From a virus, in IMG/VR virus record IMGVR_UViG_3300042731_007874: a stretch of DNA of 64,000 nucleotides, one strand, 5' to 3'. Shown piece by piece: positions 49,601 to 57,398 of the stretch. The position numbers and the translations under genes are program-made. Under the pieces are notes generated by a model, which ran no database searches, was not told the origin of the DNA, and saw only the letters and a list, made by a program, of their open reading frames with translations. How positions within the stretch are numbered: the stretch's first letter is position 1; each line of letters starts with the position of its first letter.

Positions 49601-50542
49601 TATATATTTATGCATAAAATTATCAATTGAACATTGAAATAAACTCATTCCTTTTGATAGATCTTTTGCATAAATATAATCTTCAGAACCGTTTATTTTA
49701 ATTGGGTGGTCTTTTGTTACAACAAAGGATCCTTTATCAGTAATAATTCTTACTAATTCTTTTTGAAATTCTTGCTTCCATGCTTTTCCTTTCTTTATTT
49801 TGTACTGACCAGAAGGAGGATCATAACTAATTACACAAAAATCTTTCTCTATTAATTTTGAGATTTCAATAGGTCCATTTTCCGTGTATACTTTTTGCCA
49901 AGGAGCAAGACATTTTCCGCCTGACTTTACAACACCCGCTGTTCGATCCCATGGCCTCATAAAAGAAACTGGTCCAGAGCTAGTTCCTTTATTAGATAAT
50001 TTTTCTCCTTTAGCTCGTAATTTAGAGACATTAAACCCAACACCAGATCCAGATTTAAATATACGACCAGATCTAATATGATGAGTAGAAATATCTTCCA
50101 TATTATCTTCAATTGTTGCAAGAAAGCAGGCAGAACTTTGACTTTTATTCTCTGGAACTCCAATATTTAGCCAAACCGGAGTATTAAAGGTACCTCTTTG
50201 ATCAATAAGAATTTCTTTGAGTTTCTTTGCAAATTTAATATAGTCTGGGGCGTCATGTATAGAAGCTTCCCATATCGATAAGTCATTTTTTATAGAGTCG
50301 TTACTATAAAATTCTTTATCTTTAAAGTAATCTTGTTCAACCCCCCATTCTGTTATTTGGTTTACTACTCTATCTATAATTTGTAATACAGAGGTTTCTT
50401 TATCAGTAGCATATTTAGAGGCTACAATTTGGGCAGCTCTATCGCTCCAATCTTCTGGTACTTCAAAATTTTCTTTTCCACTAATAATATTTCCATCTTT
50501 ATCTCTAATAGTTGCATCTACGATCTTGGTTTTAATTGTCAA
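46667..50542 (-). CDS. nrdJ: Class II (adenosylcobalamin) ribonucleotide reductase with two inteins and a C-terminal TSCPD/zinc-ribbon domain
   Basis: FNTP.W.N.G, SACF, GSG.G.N.S.LR, GGK/SRRAA, NP/CGE, APNGT.G, K..T.YRDG; CPECG...CHYC..CGEN.GGCS. TTG start with SD AGGAG. Confidence 0.95.
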   Translation of the reverse strand: MTIKTKIVDATIRDKDGNIISGKENFEVPEDWSDRAAQIVASKYATDKETSVLQIIDRVVNQITEWGVEQDYFKDKEFYSNDSIKNDLSIWEASIHDAPDYIKFAKKLKEILIDQRGTFNTPVWLNIGVPENKSQSSACFLATIEDNMEDISTHHIRSGRIFKSGSGVGFNVSKLRAKGEKLSNKGTSSGPVSFMRPWDRTAGVVKSGGKCLAPWQKVYTENGPIEISKLIEKDFCVISYDPPSGQYKIKKGKAWKQEFQKELVRIITDKGSFVVTKDHPIKINGSEDYIYAKDLSKGMSLFQCSIDNFMHKYIRIHLRNNKKGKNLFHRMLVRDILKKEIKNKVIHHIDGNSYNNDLSNLQVLSPKEHSFIHGKELAEKGLHVFQNQYFGKSGEENPMHRTSPFWQNKDKVAKLKEIHSKQMTTSRARKMQPFATKKRMMNLAYILINKGHDLSTFDRYLKARKKEIGKLGVSNKKQLEKIENHFGSYENFYKEIRENNHEVISIEELGFSEVYSLEVDCLTADDKTKNSGHNYVIWPENNNTVFGSGIVVSNSRRAAVLVAMNINHPDIEEFIECKSKEENKARTLIEAGIPIEEAYSTVDFQNANHSVVVTDEFMKAVKEDLDWNLYNRGNKQIAKTVKAKDLFRKIATQAWYTGDPGLQFSDTINVYNPLKNTGDIECSNPCFTGDMRLYTKNGAKSFKELALLKEEIDLINPINNRYGQIAKGKVWSSGIKNTIKLTTEKGHVLKCTPDHIWILKDGSKCKAIDLLGKQIMSFDDLSSKIIKMEDNGEEEVFDFSIDTDKHWGIIEGFVAHNCGEVYLPPWGCCQLFCFNLSKYVDNKGYTLEGLLQKDCNIVVTAMDILIGNADYPTEEFKKEAIETRPLGIGATDLAGFLIKKGLAYNSEKGREAAQRIIYMITELCTKESINLSKKLGPFKRFEEERDSTLYVYNKVLKDYYNYEIFTHGIRNCTVTSLAPNGTTGMMVDSSGTGIEPLFALKQTKQLSGGGTLEWVPDCVKKYNTLYKEKDPEVLKTANEIHWKDHLLMTAALQKVISMGLSKTTNLPSEATVEDIERAYIMAWELGLKGITVYRDGSKELQPLSDANKKAKKEKTKVETKIIYQPTRNKLPASIKTIRHKIDIAGFEGYLHVGLYENGEPGEIFIRASKQGSFVLGMLDAFATMVSIAMQYGVPLKDLVDKFKGQRFEPNGITQNEDIRFCTSIIDYIFKWLENNFLNKQLELPLDKIKEEKQEIGIQTYENVCPECGGFMQQSGTCHYCTNCGENFGGCS
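48092..48487 (-). mobile_element. Intein 2 (132-aa mini-intein) in the RNR active-site NP|CGE motif
   Basis: Starts CFTGD, block B LKCTPDH, ends EEVFDF...FVAHN before C+1. Confidence 0.92.
48881..49912 (-). mobile_element. Intein 1 (344 aa) carrying an HNH endonuclease
   Basis: Starts CLAPWQKV after GGK and ends IVVSN before S+1. Contains HR..V...IHHIDGN..NN..SNL.....H. Confidence 0.9.
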
Positions 50543-50546
50543 TGTA

Positions 50547-50783
50547 TCACTCTCCTAAAGGTAGTAGTTTTTTAGTAGTTCTATTAGTACAAACAATATA
50601 TAAATCTTCTCCTATTCTATATGTCGCGGCGAGCTGAGAAGAATCACATGATTGAATAGCTTGACCATAATTAAACCAGTATTTTTTATACATTCCAAGT
50701 AAATCAATTATTGAAATGAAAATAATAATTAGACTAATTGAAATCAATATAGAGTTAATGAAAGTTCTTTTCTTTTTACTCAT
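50547..50783 (-). CDS. Small single-TM protein
   Basis: Basic N-terminus followed by a hydrophobic helix. Confidence 0.55.
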   Translation of the reverse strand: MSKKKRTFINSILISISLIIIFISIIDLLGMYKKYWFNYGQAIQSCDSSQLAATYRIGEDLYIVCTNRTTKKLLPLGE

Positions 50784-51209
50784 TTAGTCTACTATTCTAA
50801 CAAATTCTAATTTGGTACAAACTAATTCTTTAAGATTAAGTTCTTTGTTGTTATAATTATTCTCAATAGCGACAACATCTTCTCTCTTAACGCGAAATTT
50901 TGCGATTTTTTCAAAACAAGAACCACAATTAAATGTAGCTATTTCAAGAGAAGTATAAACATGAAATCCTTCATTAACAACCTTTCTGTCTAGTTCATCT
51001 TTAGTTAGTCCCGAAACCCTATCTATTTGATATACTTTCTGTTTTGAAAAATCCCAAATGAATTCAGGATGCCAGAGAGATCTATAAAAATCTTCATCAT
51101 CCCATTTTCTCAGAACTTTATAAACATAGGCGAACTTTTTACGAGAACCAAACCAACGATTTAAATCTTTTTCGTTTTGGATTTGATCCGACTTAATACG
51201 CAAACACAT
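50784..51209 (-). CDS. MCL-family paralog 1 (unknown, ART-like motif pattern)
   Basis: MCL.I..DQ, WFG.RKKFAYVYK, G(F/L)HVYTSL, KFRV, E.VCTKL.FV. Confidence 0.85.
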   Translation of the reverse strand: MCLRIKSDQIQNEKDLNRWFGSRKKFAYVYKVLRKWDDEDFYRSLWHPEFIWDFSKQKVYQIDRVSGLTKDELDRKVVNEGFHVYTSLEIATFNCGSCFEKIAKFRVKREDVVAIENNYNNKELNLKELVCTKLEFVRIVD

Positions 51210-51210
51210 T

Positions 51211-51854
51211 TTATTTCTCCTTTAATTTATTCTTTATTATTTTAGAGGTTTTCCAATGTTTATCTGTTTGTACATGTTTCTCTCTTACAAATTTAGCAAC
51301 ACTGTTTTTAAAATCAATATAACTAAAAGATCCTTTTAGTCTTACAACATATCCTTCGTCTTTATTAAGATCTAATTTATTAGTGAGATTTTTTATGTTT
51401 TCTTTTTTGAATTTTCCAATATACAAGACAGGAACAGGAGTAACTCCTAAAAGCTCAAACCATTCTAAAGTTTCATCCCATGACAAACAAATGTTCTTGT
51501 CATTCCAGATAGAAAAACCATAAAAATAAGAATCGAGATCTTCATAAAAAATAGAATGTTTTGCATATAGATTTTCTCCACAGATCCGCCATCTACTAGG
51601 AATATTGTTTTTGATTTGGTTCCAAAAGTTTTTTACCCAAGTTTGACTTGGATGAGTTTTGCTGTCTAGACTTCTTGCGTGCATATAAAAAGTGTAGTAT
51701 TTTCTCCATCTAGTTTTTTAGATACAACAACTTCTTTATCTATAAAACAAGAAACATCTTTTAAAGATTTATCGTCATTAGTTTTGTCTTGTGACCAAGG
51801 TAAATGATAAGTTCTTGGATATTTTACAATATTGTTTTCAAATATCTTTTTCAT
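51211..51854 (-). pseudogene. Rnl2-type RNA ligase family gene split by a frameshift
   Basis: The upstream frame has YPRT.HLPWS...KLDGENTT; the downstream frame has HARSLDS..HPS, GENLYA.HS, EG.VVR, K.VR..HVQT. The frames break at ~51684-51692. Confidence 0.85.
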
Positions 51855-52110
51855 ATTCTTTTATTACTTTAATTGCATCAATTTTATAGAGAGATTCAAA
51901 ATTAGATTTTTCTCTTTGCCGCGCAGAAAATATACTTTCTAAACTATATAGTTCCATTGCAGCTTTAAAGCTTGCTAGTTCAAATCCTGGTAGCTTTCTT
52001 GTAGAAGTATCAATTAGTTGATATAGAGCCCCTAGATAAAGAAGTTCTTTATCAGAGATTCCTTTCCCATCATCAAGAGCGTCTAGTATTTCTTTTGCTG
52101 TTCTATTCAT
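51838..52110 (-). CDS. Hypothetical protein
   Basis: Operon ORF. Confidence 0.5.
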   Translation of the reverse strand: MNRTAKEILDALDDGKGISDKELLYLGALYQLIDTSTRKLPGFELASFKAAMELYSLESIFSARQREKSNFESLYKIDAIKVIKEYEKDI

Positions 52111-52372
52111 TGTTCTTAACCTTTCTAATTTGAAGTTTAACTTCTTCTAAATTTGCTTCTAGTTTAGAAACTAGATATTCTCTTTCTTTTGGTCTTTTAT
52201 ATAAGTCAAAATGATAAGCCTTGCGAGTAAAATGATGATCATCAGGACATTTTATTTCAATTTCGTATTGAACAGGGTTTGTTTGAATAAAGAAAATTGC
52301 TTTTATAATCTTGGCCTCTGCGACAATAATATTACCAGAAAGATACCAAACCAGATCATCTTTTTTAAACAT
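52103..52372 (-). CDS. Hypothetical protein (KOW/SH3-like start)
   Basis: SD GAGG. Confidence 0.5.
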   Translation of the reverse strand: MFKKDDLVWYLSGNIIVAEAKIIKAIFFIQTNPVQYEIEIKCPDDHHFTRKAYHFDLYKRPKEREYLVSKLEANLEEVKLQIRKVKNNE

Positions 52373-52449
52373 AAAACCTCACTTTTTACTTAAAAAGCAA
52401 AACGCTCAAAAAATTTTTTTACTAAATTCGCTCTATATAGGAATTTTTA

Positions 52450-52686
52450 TTATCGAAATAAAGTTTTATAGTTTAGAGTGCAATTATGCTCTTTTTCTAT
52501 TTTTTGTTTTTGTAATTCTAAAATAATTTTTAGAGAACACTGGAGTAACTCAATTGTTTCATCTATTGTTTTCTTTGATGGTTTTTTATTCCATTCTTTT
52601 AGAATCCAACCAGCTTTATCAAGTTCTGACCAGACACGGATTACCCACCTAGTAAGATTCTCTTCAAAACAATAATACAGTTCCAT
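52450..52686 (-). CDS. Hypothetical protein
   Basis: SD AAGGA. Confidence 0.5.
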   Translation of the reverse strand: MELYYCFEENLTRWVIRVWSELDKAGWILKEWNKKPSKKTIDETIELLQCSLKIILELQKQKIEKEHNCTLNYKTLFR

Positions 52687-52696
52687 TTGTTTTTCC

Positions 52697-53122
52697 TTAA
52701 TCCTCTAAAACCTTAACAAACGTTAACTTTCTACAAAAAGCTTCACGACAACTATTATCTACAGCAACTATATCTTTTTTTAAAACCTTAAATTTTACAA
52801 TTATATCACTAGGATATTTCTTTCTTTTGGCTTCTTTGAGAGAAGTACATACATGAAGCCCCACACAAATCCTTCCTAAATCAAGTTCATCTTCGGTAAC
52901 TTTATAAGATCTTTTTACTTGAAAGATCTTTTGTTTTCTAAAGTTCCATTTAAAAAACTCAAAGTATGGAGACTTATATACTATTGATTGGCCAAGGTTT
53001 CCAGGTAATTTAGTTGTTTTTCTTAGGAATTTATAGACATAAGCAAACTTTTTACGAGACCCAAACCAATGATCTAGGTCTTTTTTATTTTGGCTTTGAT
53101 CTGGATTGATTAACAAACACAT
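52697..53122 (-). CDS. MCL-family paralog 2
   Basis: Same conserved blocks as 50784-51209. Confidence 0.85.
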   Translation of the reverse strand: MCLLINPDQSQNKKDLDHWFGSRKKFAYVYKFLRKTTKLPGNLGQSIVYKSPYFEFFKWNFRKQKIFQVKRSYKVTEDELDLGRICVGLHVCTSLKEAKRKKYPSDIIVKFKVLKKDIVAVDNSCREAFCRKLTFVKVLED

Positions 53123-53125
53123 TTT

Positions 53126-53605
53126 TTACTCCTTATTTTTTATTTCTATAGTTAAGTCACCTTTTGTAATAATAATATCTCCTCCTCCTAGTATATTTTT
53201 AAGATTTGATAGATATTCTACTTCTTTCTCAGAGAGCTGTATTTGGCCTCCAAGGCCAATTTCTACATTCTCTTTACTTACTATCATCTTTGTCTCTTCT
53301 TCTGTCTTAATCCATTCTAGGGCTTCCTGGAGGGTTTCTAGAGTATCTCTTTTACATTCAGGATCAGAAATCATCTTTTGAAAGCTTCTTGCTTTAAAAA
53401 TTTTATTCTCAACATCTTTTTTTATTTGATTATAGGCGCGGTTGCCAAAGACGACTAAAACGTCCTCTGGAAGAATCTCTCTTTCTTCGTAAAAAACATC
53501 CCATAGTATAATTTCTTTATCAATTTCTTTTTTAAACCACTCACAAATATCAGCTAGAAGTTTTTTTTGAGATTTACCTAAAGTAGGAAAGGCAAAAATT
53601 AACAT
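53126..53605 (-). CDS. Hypothetical protein
   Basis: ORF between paralogs 2 and 3; VVFGNRA weakly recalls a UDG-fold strand. Confidence 0.5.
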   Translation of the reverse strand: MLIFAFPTLGKSQKKLLADICEWFKKEIDKEIILWDVFYEEREILPEDVLVVFGNRAYNQIKKDVENKIFKARSFQKMISDPECKRDTLETLQEALEWIKTEEETKMIVSKENVEIGLGGQIQLSEKEVEYLSNLKNILGGGDIIITKGDLTIEIKNKE

Positions 53606-54036
53606 TATTCAATTACCTTGACAAATTCTAATCTAGTACAAACTAATTCTTTAAAACGATATTTTTCTGAAATAAACGAACTATTTTGAATAGCAATAAT
53701 ATTTTCTTTTCTAACTTTAAATTTTACTATTACTGAGTTTGGCTCATTAGAGATCCATGATTTAGCTAATTTAAGACTAGTATAAACGTGAAAACCTTTG
53801 TTGATTTGTTCTGAAAGTAATTCGCTTTTAGTAAGTTTGAGATCTCTATCGACTTGAAATTCTTTCTGTTTTTCAAAGTCCCACTTAAAATTACCATAGA
53901 GAAGAGATCTGTAAAAAGACTCACATGACCATTTTCTTAATACCTTATAAACGTATGCGAATTTTTTTCTATTACCGAACCACTTCTTTAAGTCTTTCTC
54001 GTTTTGATCTTGATCTGGTTGAATCCATAAACACAT
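53605..54036 (-). CDS. MCL-family paralog 3
   Basis: Same conserved blocks. Confidence 0.85.
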   Translation of the reverse strand: MCLWIQPDQDQNEKDLKKWFGNRKKFAYVYKVLRKWSCESFYRSLLYGNFKWDFEKQKEFQVDRDLKLTKSELLSEQINKGFHVYTSLKLAKSWISNEPNSVIVKFKVRKENIIAIQNSSFISEKYRFKELVCTRLEFVKVIE

Positions 54037-54047
54037 TTCTTTTTCCT

Positions 54048-54494
54048 TTAATTTTCAATAACTTTAACAAATTCTAATTTGGTACATACAGCTTCTTCGA
54101 AGTTATATTTCTTTACTTTATAATTGTTTTCAATAGCAACAATATTTTCTTTTCTAACTCTGAATTTTACAACTACTTCATTAGAGTCTAGGTAAGGCTT
54201 CATAGATTCTAAATGAGTATATACATGAAGACCTATCTCTATACTTCTATTCTCTAGTTCTTCTTGAGTTGGCTTATGACTTCTCCTCACTTGAAAAACC
54301 TTTTGGTTATTAAAATCCCATTTATAATCTGGAAAACGAGGAGATCTGTAAAAATCTTCATTTGGCTTTTTTACTAATACTTTATAAACATAGGCAAAAC
54401 CTTTATGAACTCCAAACCATTTATGATGAGACTTAAACCATCTTCTTAGGTCTTCTTCGTTCTCTTCTTGATCTGGTTTAATAAATAAACACAT
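54048..54494 (-). CDS. MCL-family paralog 4
   Basis: Same blocks, with a short insertion duplicating the WF motif (RWFKSHHKWFG). Confidence 0.85.
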   Translation of the reverse strand: MCLFIKPDQEENEEDLRRWFKSHHKWFGVHKGFAYVYKVLVKKPNEDFYRSPRFPDYKWDFNNQKVFQVRRSHKPTQEELENRSIEIGLHVYTHLESMKPYLDSNEVVVKFRVRKENIVAIENNYKVKKYNFEEAVCTKLEFVKVIEN

Positions 54495-54529
54495 TTTCTT
54501 TTTCCTTTCTTTCTAATATTTACTATTTG

Positions 54530-55027
54530 TTACCAAGCAAGGATTCTAGGAATGGCAGCTTCCAGTAGAGTATAAATTACAAACATTTCATCAATAGAGA
54601 TTGGAATTTTTACTTCATTTTTAACAGATCCTTGTTCTTTTTGGCTCATGTTCACCCAAAATGATTTCATTGTTTCATTTGGCCGCGAAATATTAAGAAT
54701 TGTTACTAATTCTCCTTGAGGCTGCCCTTTACTAAGACCAGTATCATGTAATAGTATTAGATTTGATTCGTTTTTTGTCTTTAGAAAAGACAGAATCTTA
54801 CCAATATCTGTAACTTTAAGAGCAAAAACAATTTTACTGTTTTCCCAGTCGTAATTATTTACTCCTATTGTTGGAGCTGCTTCTACAAATACGGCTCCTT
54901 CTGGTTTGTTGTTATTTCCGCTATTGACATATGCGGGCAAAAGGCCAAATCTGATTGCCCCAAACTTTCCTTTTATTCCCTTGTAAATCTTATATTGTAG
55001 CGGTCGTTGATTATTATTCATTTTCAT
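54530..55027 (-). CDS. Whirly-like ssDNA-binding protein
   Basis: IYKG, EG.V....AP..GV..YDW...K.VF.L.VT.IG, HD...KG, F..N.S, IP....E..V, P.IL.W, all colinear with plant Whirly as I recall it. Confidence 0.75.
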   Translation of the reverse strand: MKMNNNQRPLQYKIYKGIKGKFGAIRFGLLPAYVNSGNNNKPEGAVFVEAAPTIGVNNYDWENSKIVFALKVTDIGKILSFLKTKNESNLILLHDTGLSKGQPQGELVTILNISRPNETMKSFWVNMSQKEQGSVKNEVKIPISIDEMFVIYTLLEAAIPRILAW

Positions 55028-55301
55028 TGTTCCTTTCTTGCCATAAATCTCTCATCCAAAGAGCTTGGGTCATAAGCGCATTTCCAATTGTTGGGTTTTT
55101 TGAATAAAGTAAAAGTACTTCTTCAGAAGACAATGTTCCTACATTTTCAAATGAAGAACCAATTGAGTATGTTAAAGTACATAGAAATTCTAAAATTTCT
55201 TTTTTACCGAAACTACTTAGTTTGTTAATTGTTTCTTCTAATAGTTGATAAGTTGGAATTATTTTGTTTGCACCATTCATGTAATATCCTATCTTCTTCA
55301 C
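55014..55301 (-). CDS. Hypothetical protein
   Basis: Operon ORF. Confidence 0.5.
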   Translation of the reverse strand: MKKIGYYMNGANKIIPTYQLLEETINKLSSFGKKEILEFLCTLTYSIGSSFENVGTLSSEEVLLLYSKNPTIGNALMTQALWMRDLWQERNNENE

Positions 55302-55488
55302 TAAATTCTGGTTCTTGTATTAAATGGTAGGGAATTGATTTATTACACCTTGTACACTCCCATTCAAAAACATATCCTTTTTTTGTTTTGGCGGCCACTG
55401 CAGTTAGATATAAAGGCTGTTTGCATTTTCTGCAAGTTGGCATTTTTGTTAATCTATAAGTAGATTGTGCATGGGCACATCGGCTCAT
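55225..55488 (-). CDS. Zinc-ribbon protein
   Basis: CRKC...CTRC; SD AGGAG. Confidence 0.6.
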   Translation of the reverse strand: MSRCAHAQSTYRLTKMPTCRKCKQPLYLTAVAAKTKKGYVFEWECTRCNKSIPYHLIQEPEFSEEDRILHEWCKQNNSNLSTIRRNN

Positions 55489-55492
55489 TTTA

Positions 55493-55690
55493 TTATCTCC
55501 TGATGGTTTTGTCTAATCCTGCAACTGCTTTTTTAAGAGATTCAATTGCTATTCTATTGTTATTAAGAGCGTTAAAAATTTCTTCTCTTGTTGATTCAAC
55601 TTCTTCAAGAGAAGGATTTGTGTCAATACTTCTTTTAATCAAAGATAGTTGTTGTTCTATCGCGTCTAATCTTTCAGCTAAAGTTAACAT
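55493..55690 (-). CDS. Small coiled-coil protein
   Basis: Heptad pattern; overlaps the kinase stop. Confidence 0.5.
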   Translation of the reverse strand: MLTLAERLDAIEQQLSLIKRSIDTNPSLEEVESTREEIFNALNNNRIAIESLKKAVAGLDKTIRR

Positions 55691-56580
55691 AGTTTCTCAT
55701 TCATAGTAGTATAAGCATATAAACTCGCAGCGTCAACAGAAAGTTTAAGCGAGTCTTCTGGAGAATATTTTTTTATAAAATTATAATAACAAAAATTTAT
55801 ATCAAATACATCTCCACAACCAGTTACATCTGCAATACCAGAAACTTTCTTTACTTTACACGTAAGTGACTTTTCGTCTTTTCTGTATAAAGTTGCTCCT
55901 TCTTTCCCCTTTGTTACAATTAACATTTTTGCTTCTGTCTGTTTAAGAATTTCTTGTGGATCTTCATTAATCTCCTTCTGTAGATTGTAAAATTCTTTTA
56001 AGTTAATTTTTATGACATCAATACCCACAAATTTTGATATAGATCCTCTACTATCAACGTAAGTAGAAACTCGTTTGTCTTCGCATAGTTTTATTATTTT
56101 TTTAACTAAGCTTCTATCTCTAAATAATCCTTTTCTATAATCTAGAAAAGCAACAACAGGAATATTCTCTCTAAGAATAAGATGTTCTAATTTTGGAATA
56201 ATATTCTTTGTTTGAATTGATGTATTTGTAATTTCATCTGTATCTACTCTGATTAAATGATAATTTGATTCAACATCAAGATATCTGATCTTTTTTACAT
56301 TCTCTGTTTGTCCCAAATTCTCTACCTTTATCTTTTTACTTAAGAGTAGATCTTTATATTCTTCTGAAACACAAGAAACTAATATAGACGGAATATTCTT
56401 CTTGATGGCATATGTCGCGGCTAGCCCTGCTCCTCCAGGAGATATAAGAGGTTCTTTCTCCAGTATTCTTGCTATTGGGACGGGAGCCTCCGGAGAAAGT
56501 TTTGGGGTTTGGACAAACCATGTTTCGTCAATTAGAAGATCTCCTAATATCGCCACTTTGGGTAAGTCTGAAGCTATCAT
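55684..56580 (-). CDS. PfkB-family kinase, HldE/RfaE domain I (heptose-7-phosphate kinase-like)
   Basis: GD...D......LSPEAPVP, PGGAG, K.RY, LIRVD, DY.KG, KIN.KE, T.G..G, DVTGCGDVF. Confidence 0.9.
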   Translation of the reverse strand: MIASDLPKVAILGDLLIDETWFVQTPKLSPEAPVPIARILEKEPLISPGGAGLAATYAIKKNIPSILVSCVSEEYKDLLLSKKIKVENLGQTENVKKIRYLDVESNYHLIRVDTDEITNTSIQTKNIIPKLEHLILRENIPVVAFLDYRKGLFRDRSLVKKIIKLCEDKRVSTYVDSRGSISKFVGIDVIKINLKEFYNLQKEINEDPQEILKQTEAKMLIVTKGKEGATLYRKDEKSLTCKVKKVSGIADVTGCGDVFDINFCYYNFIKKYSPEDSLKLSVDAASLYAYTTMNEKLC

Positions 56581-56950
56581 TAATGTAATCCGTTGTGCTG
56601 ACTTCTATAAAAACAGTATTTTCTTCTTGGCCCTCAGGACAATAGAATGTATGAGGAACCATCTTCTCTATACTAATACAATCAAACTTATTTTGCAATA
56701 AAGTTCTTGTTGTTTCACCAGTTGCTAGATTAACAGTCTCTACAATTAGTTGACCTTCAAGAAGAAAAAAACTTTCTGATTTTTCGGCATGAAAATGAAG
56801 AGACACTTGCATATCAGGATATAAGATCATTACTTTAGAGGTATAATCTTTATTAACCAAGATTAACTCATTTCCCCACTTCTTTGGTCTCTGTTCTGGT
56901 TGTTCTATTTGTTTTACATCTTTTAAATAATTAGCTTCGTATCTTTTCAT
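56528..56950 (-). CDS. Cupin-fold protein (sugar isomerase-like)
   Basis: K.WG.E...N..Y..K...L.P....SLHFH..K.E.F...G, PH.F, EVST. Confidence 0.8.
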   Translation of the reverse strand: MKRYEANYLKDVKQIEQPEQRPKKWGNELILVNKDYTSKVMILYPDMQVSLHFHAEKSESFFLLEGQLIVETVNLATGETTRTLLQNKFDCISIEKMVPHTFYCPEGQEENTVFIEVSTTDYINDSFRLTQSGDIRRSSN

Positions 56951-56958
56951 TTTTTCCC

Positions 56959-57387
56959 TTAATCTTCTATAACCTTAACAAAGGTTAATTTGGTACAAAC
57001 TGCTTGTTTGAAATTATCTTCTTTCCGATACCAACCATTTTCGATAGCAATGATGTCTTCTTTTTTAACACGAAATTTTATAATTGCCTCGGCTAAGCTA
57101 CTACAGATATCTTTAGCTTCTTTTAAAGAAGTATATACATGGAGTCCCCAATCTATACTTTCGTTACCTAGTTCAAAGATAGTTGGTTTGAGGTCTCTAT
57201 AGACTTCAAATACTTTTTCTTTAGAAAAATCCCAAATAAAATTATTATAATAATAAGATCGATAGAAACTTTCTTTTTTATTTTTTATTAGAATCTTGTA
57301 GACATAAGCAAATTTCTTTCTATTACCAAACCACTGATTTAGATCCCTATCGTTTTTTCCTTGATCTTTTTTAATATATAGGCACAT
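56959..57387 (-). CDS. MCL-family paralog 5
   Basis: Same conserved blocks. Confidence 0.85.
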   Translation of the reverse strand: MCLYIKKDQGKNDRDLNQWFGNRKKFAYVYKILIKNKKESFYRSYYYNNFIWDFSKEKVFEVYRDLKPTIFELGNESIDWGLHVYTSLKEAKDICSSLAEAIIKFRVKKEDIIAIENGWYRKEDNFKQAVCTKLTFVKVIED

Positions 57388-57398
57388 ATTCTTACTCC

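Noticed and set aside
52373-52449. AT-rich gap with two GAGCG copies and an A/T palindrome as an origin or operator
   Set aside because: Too short and low-complexity; no iteron array or clear promoter consensus.
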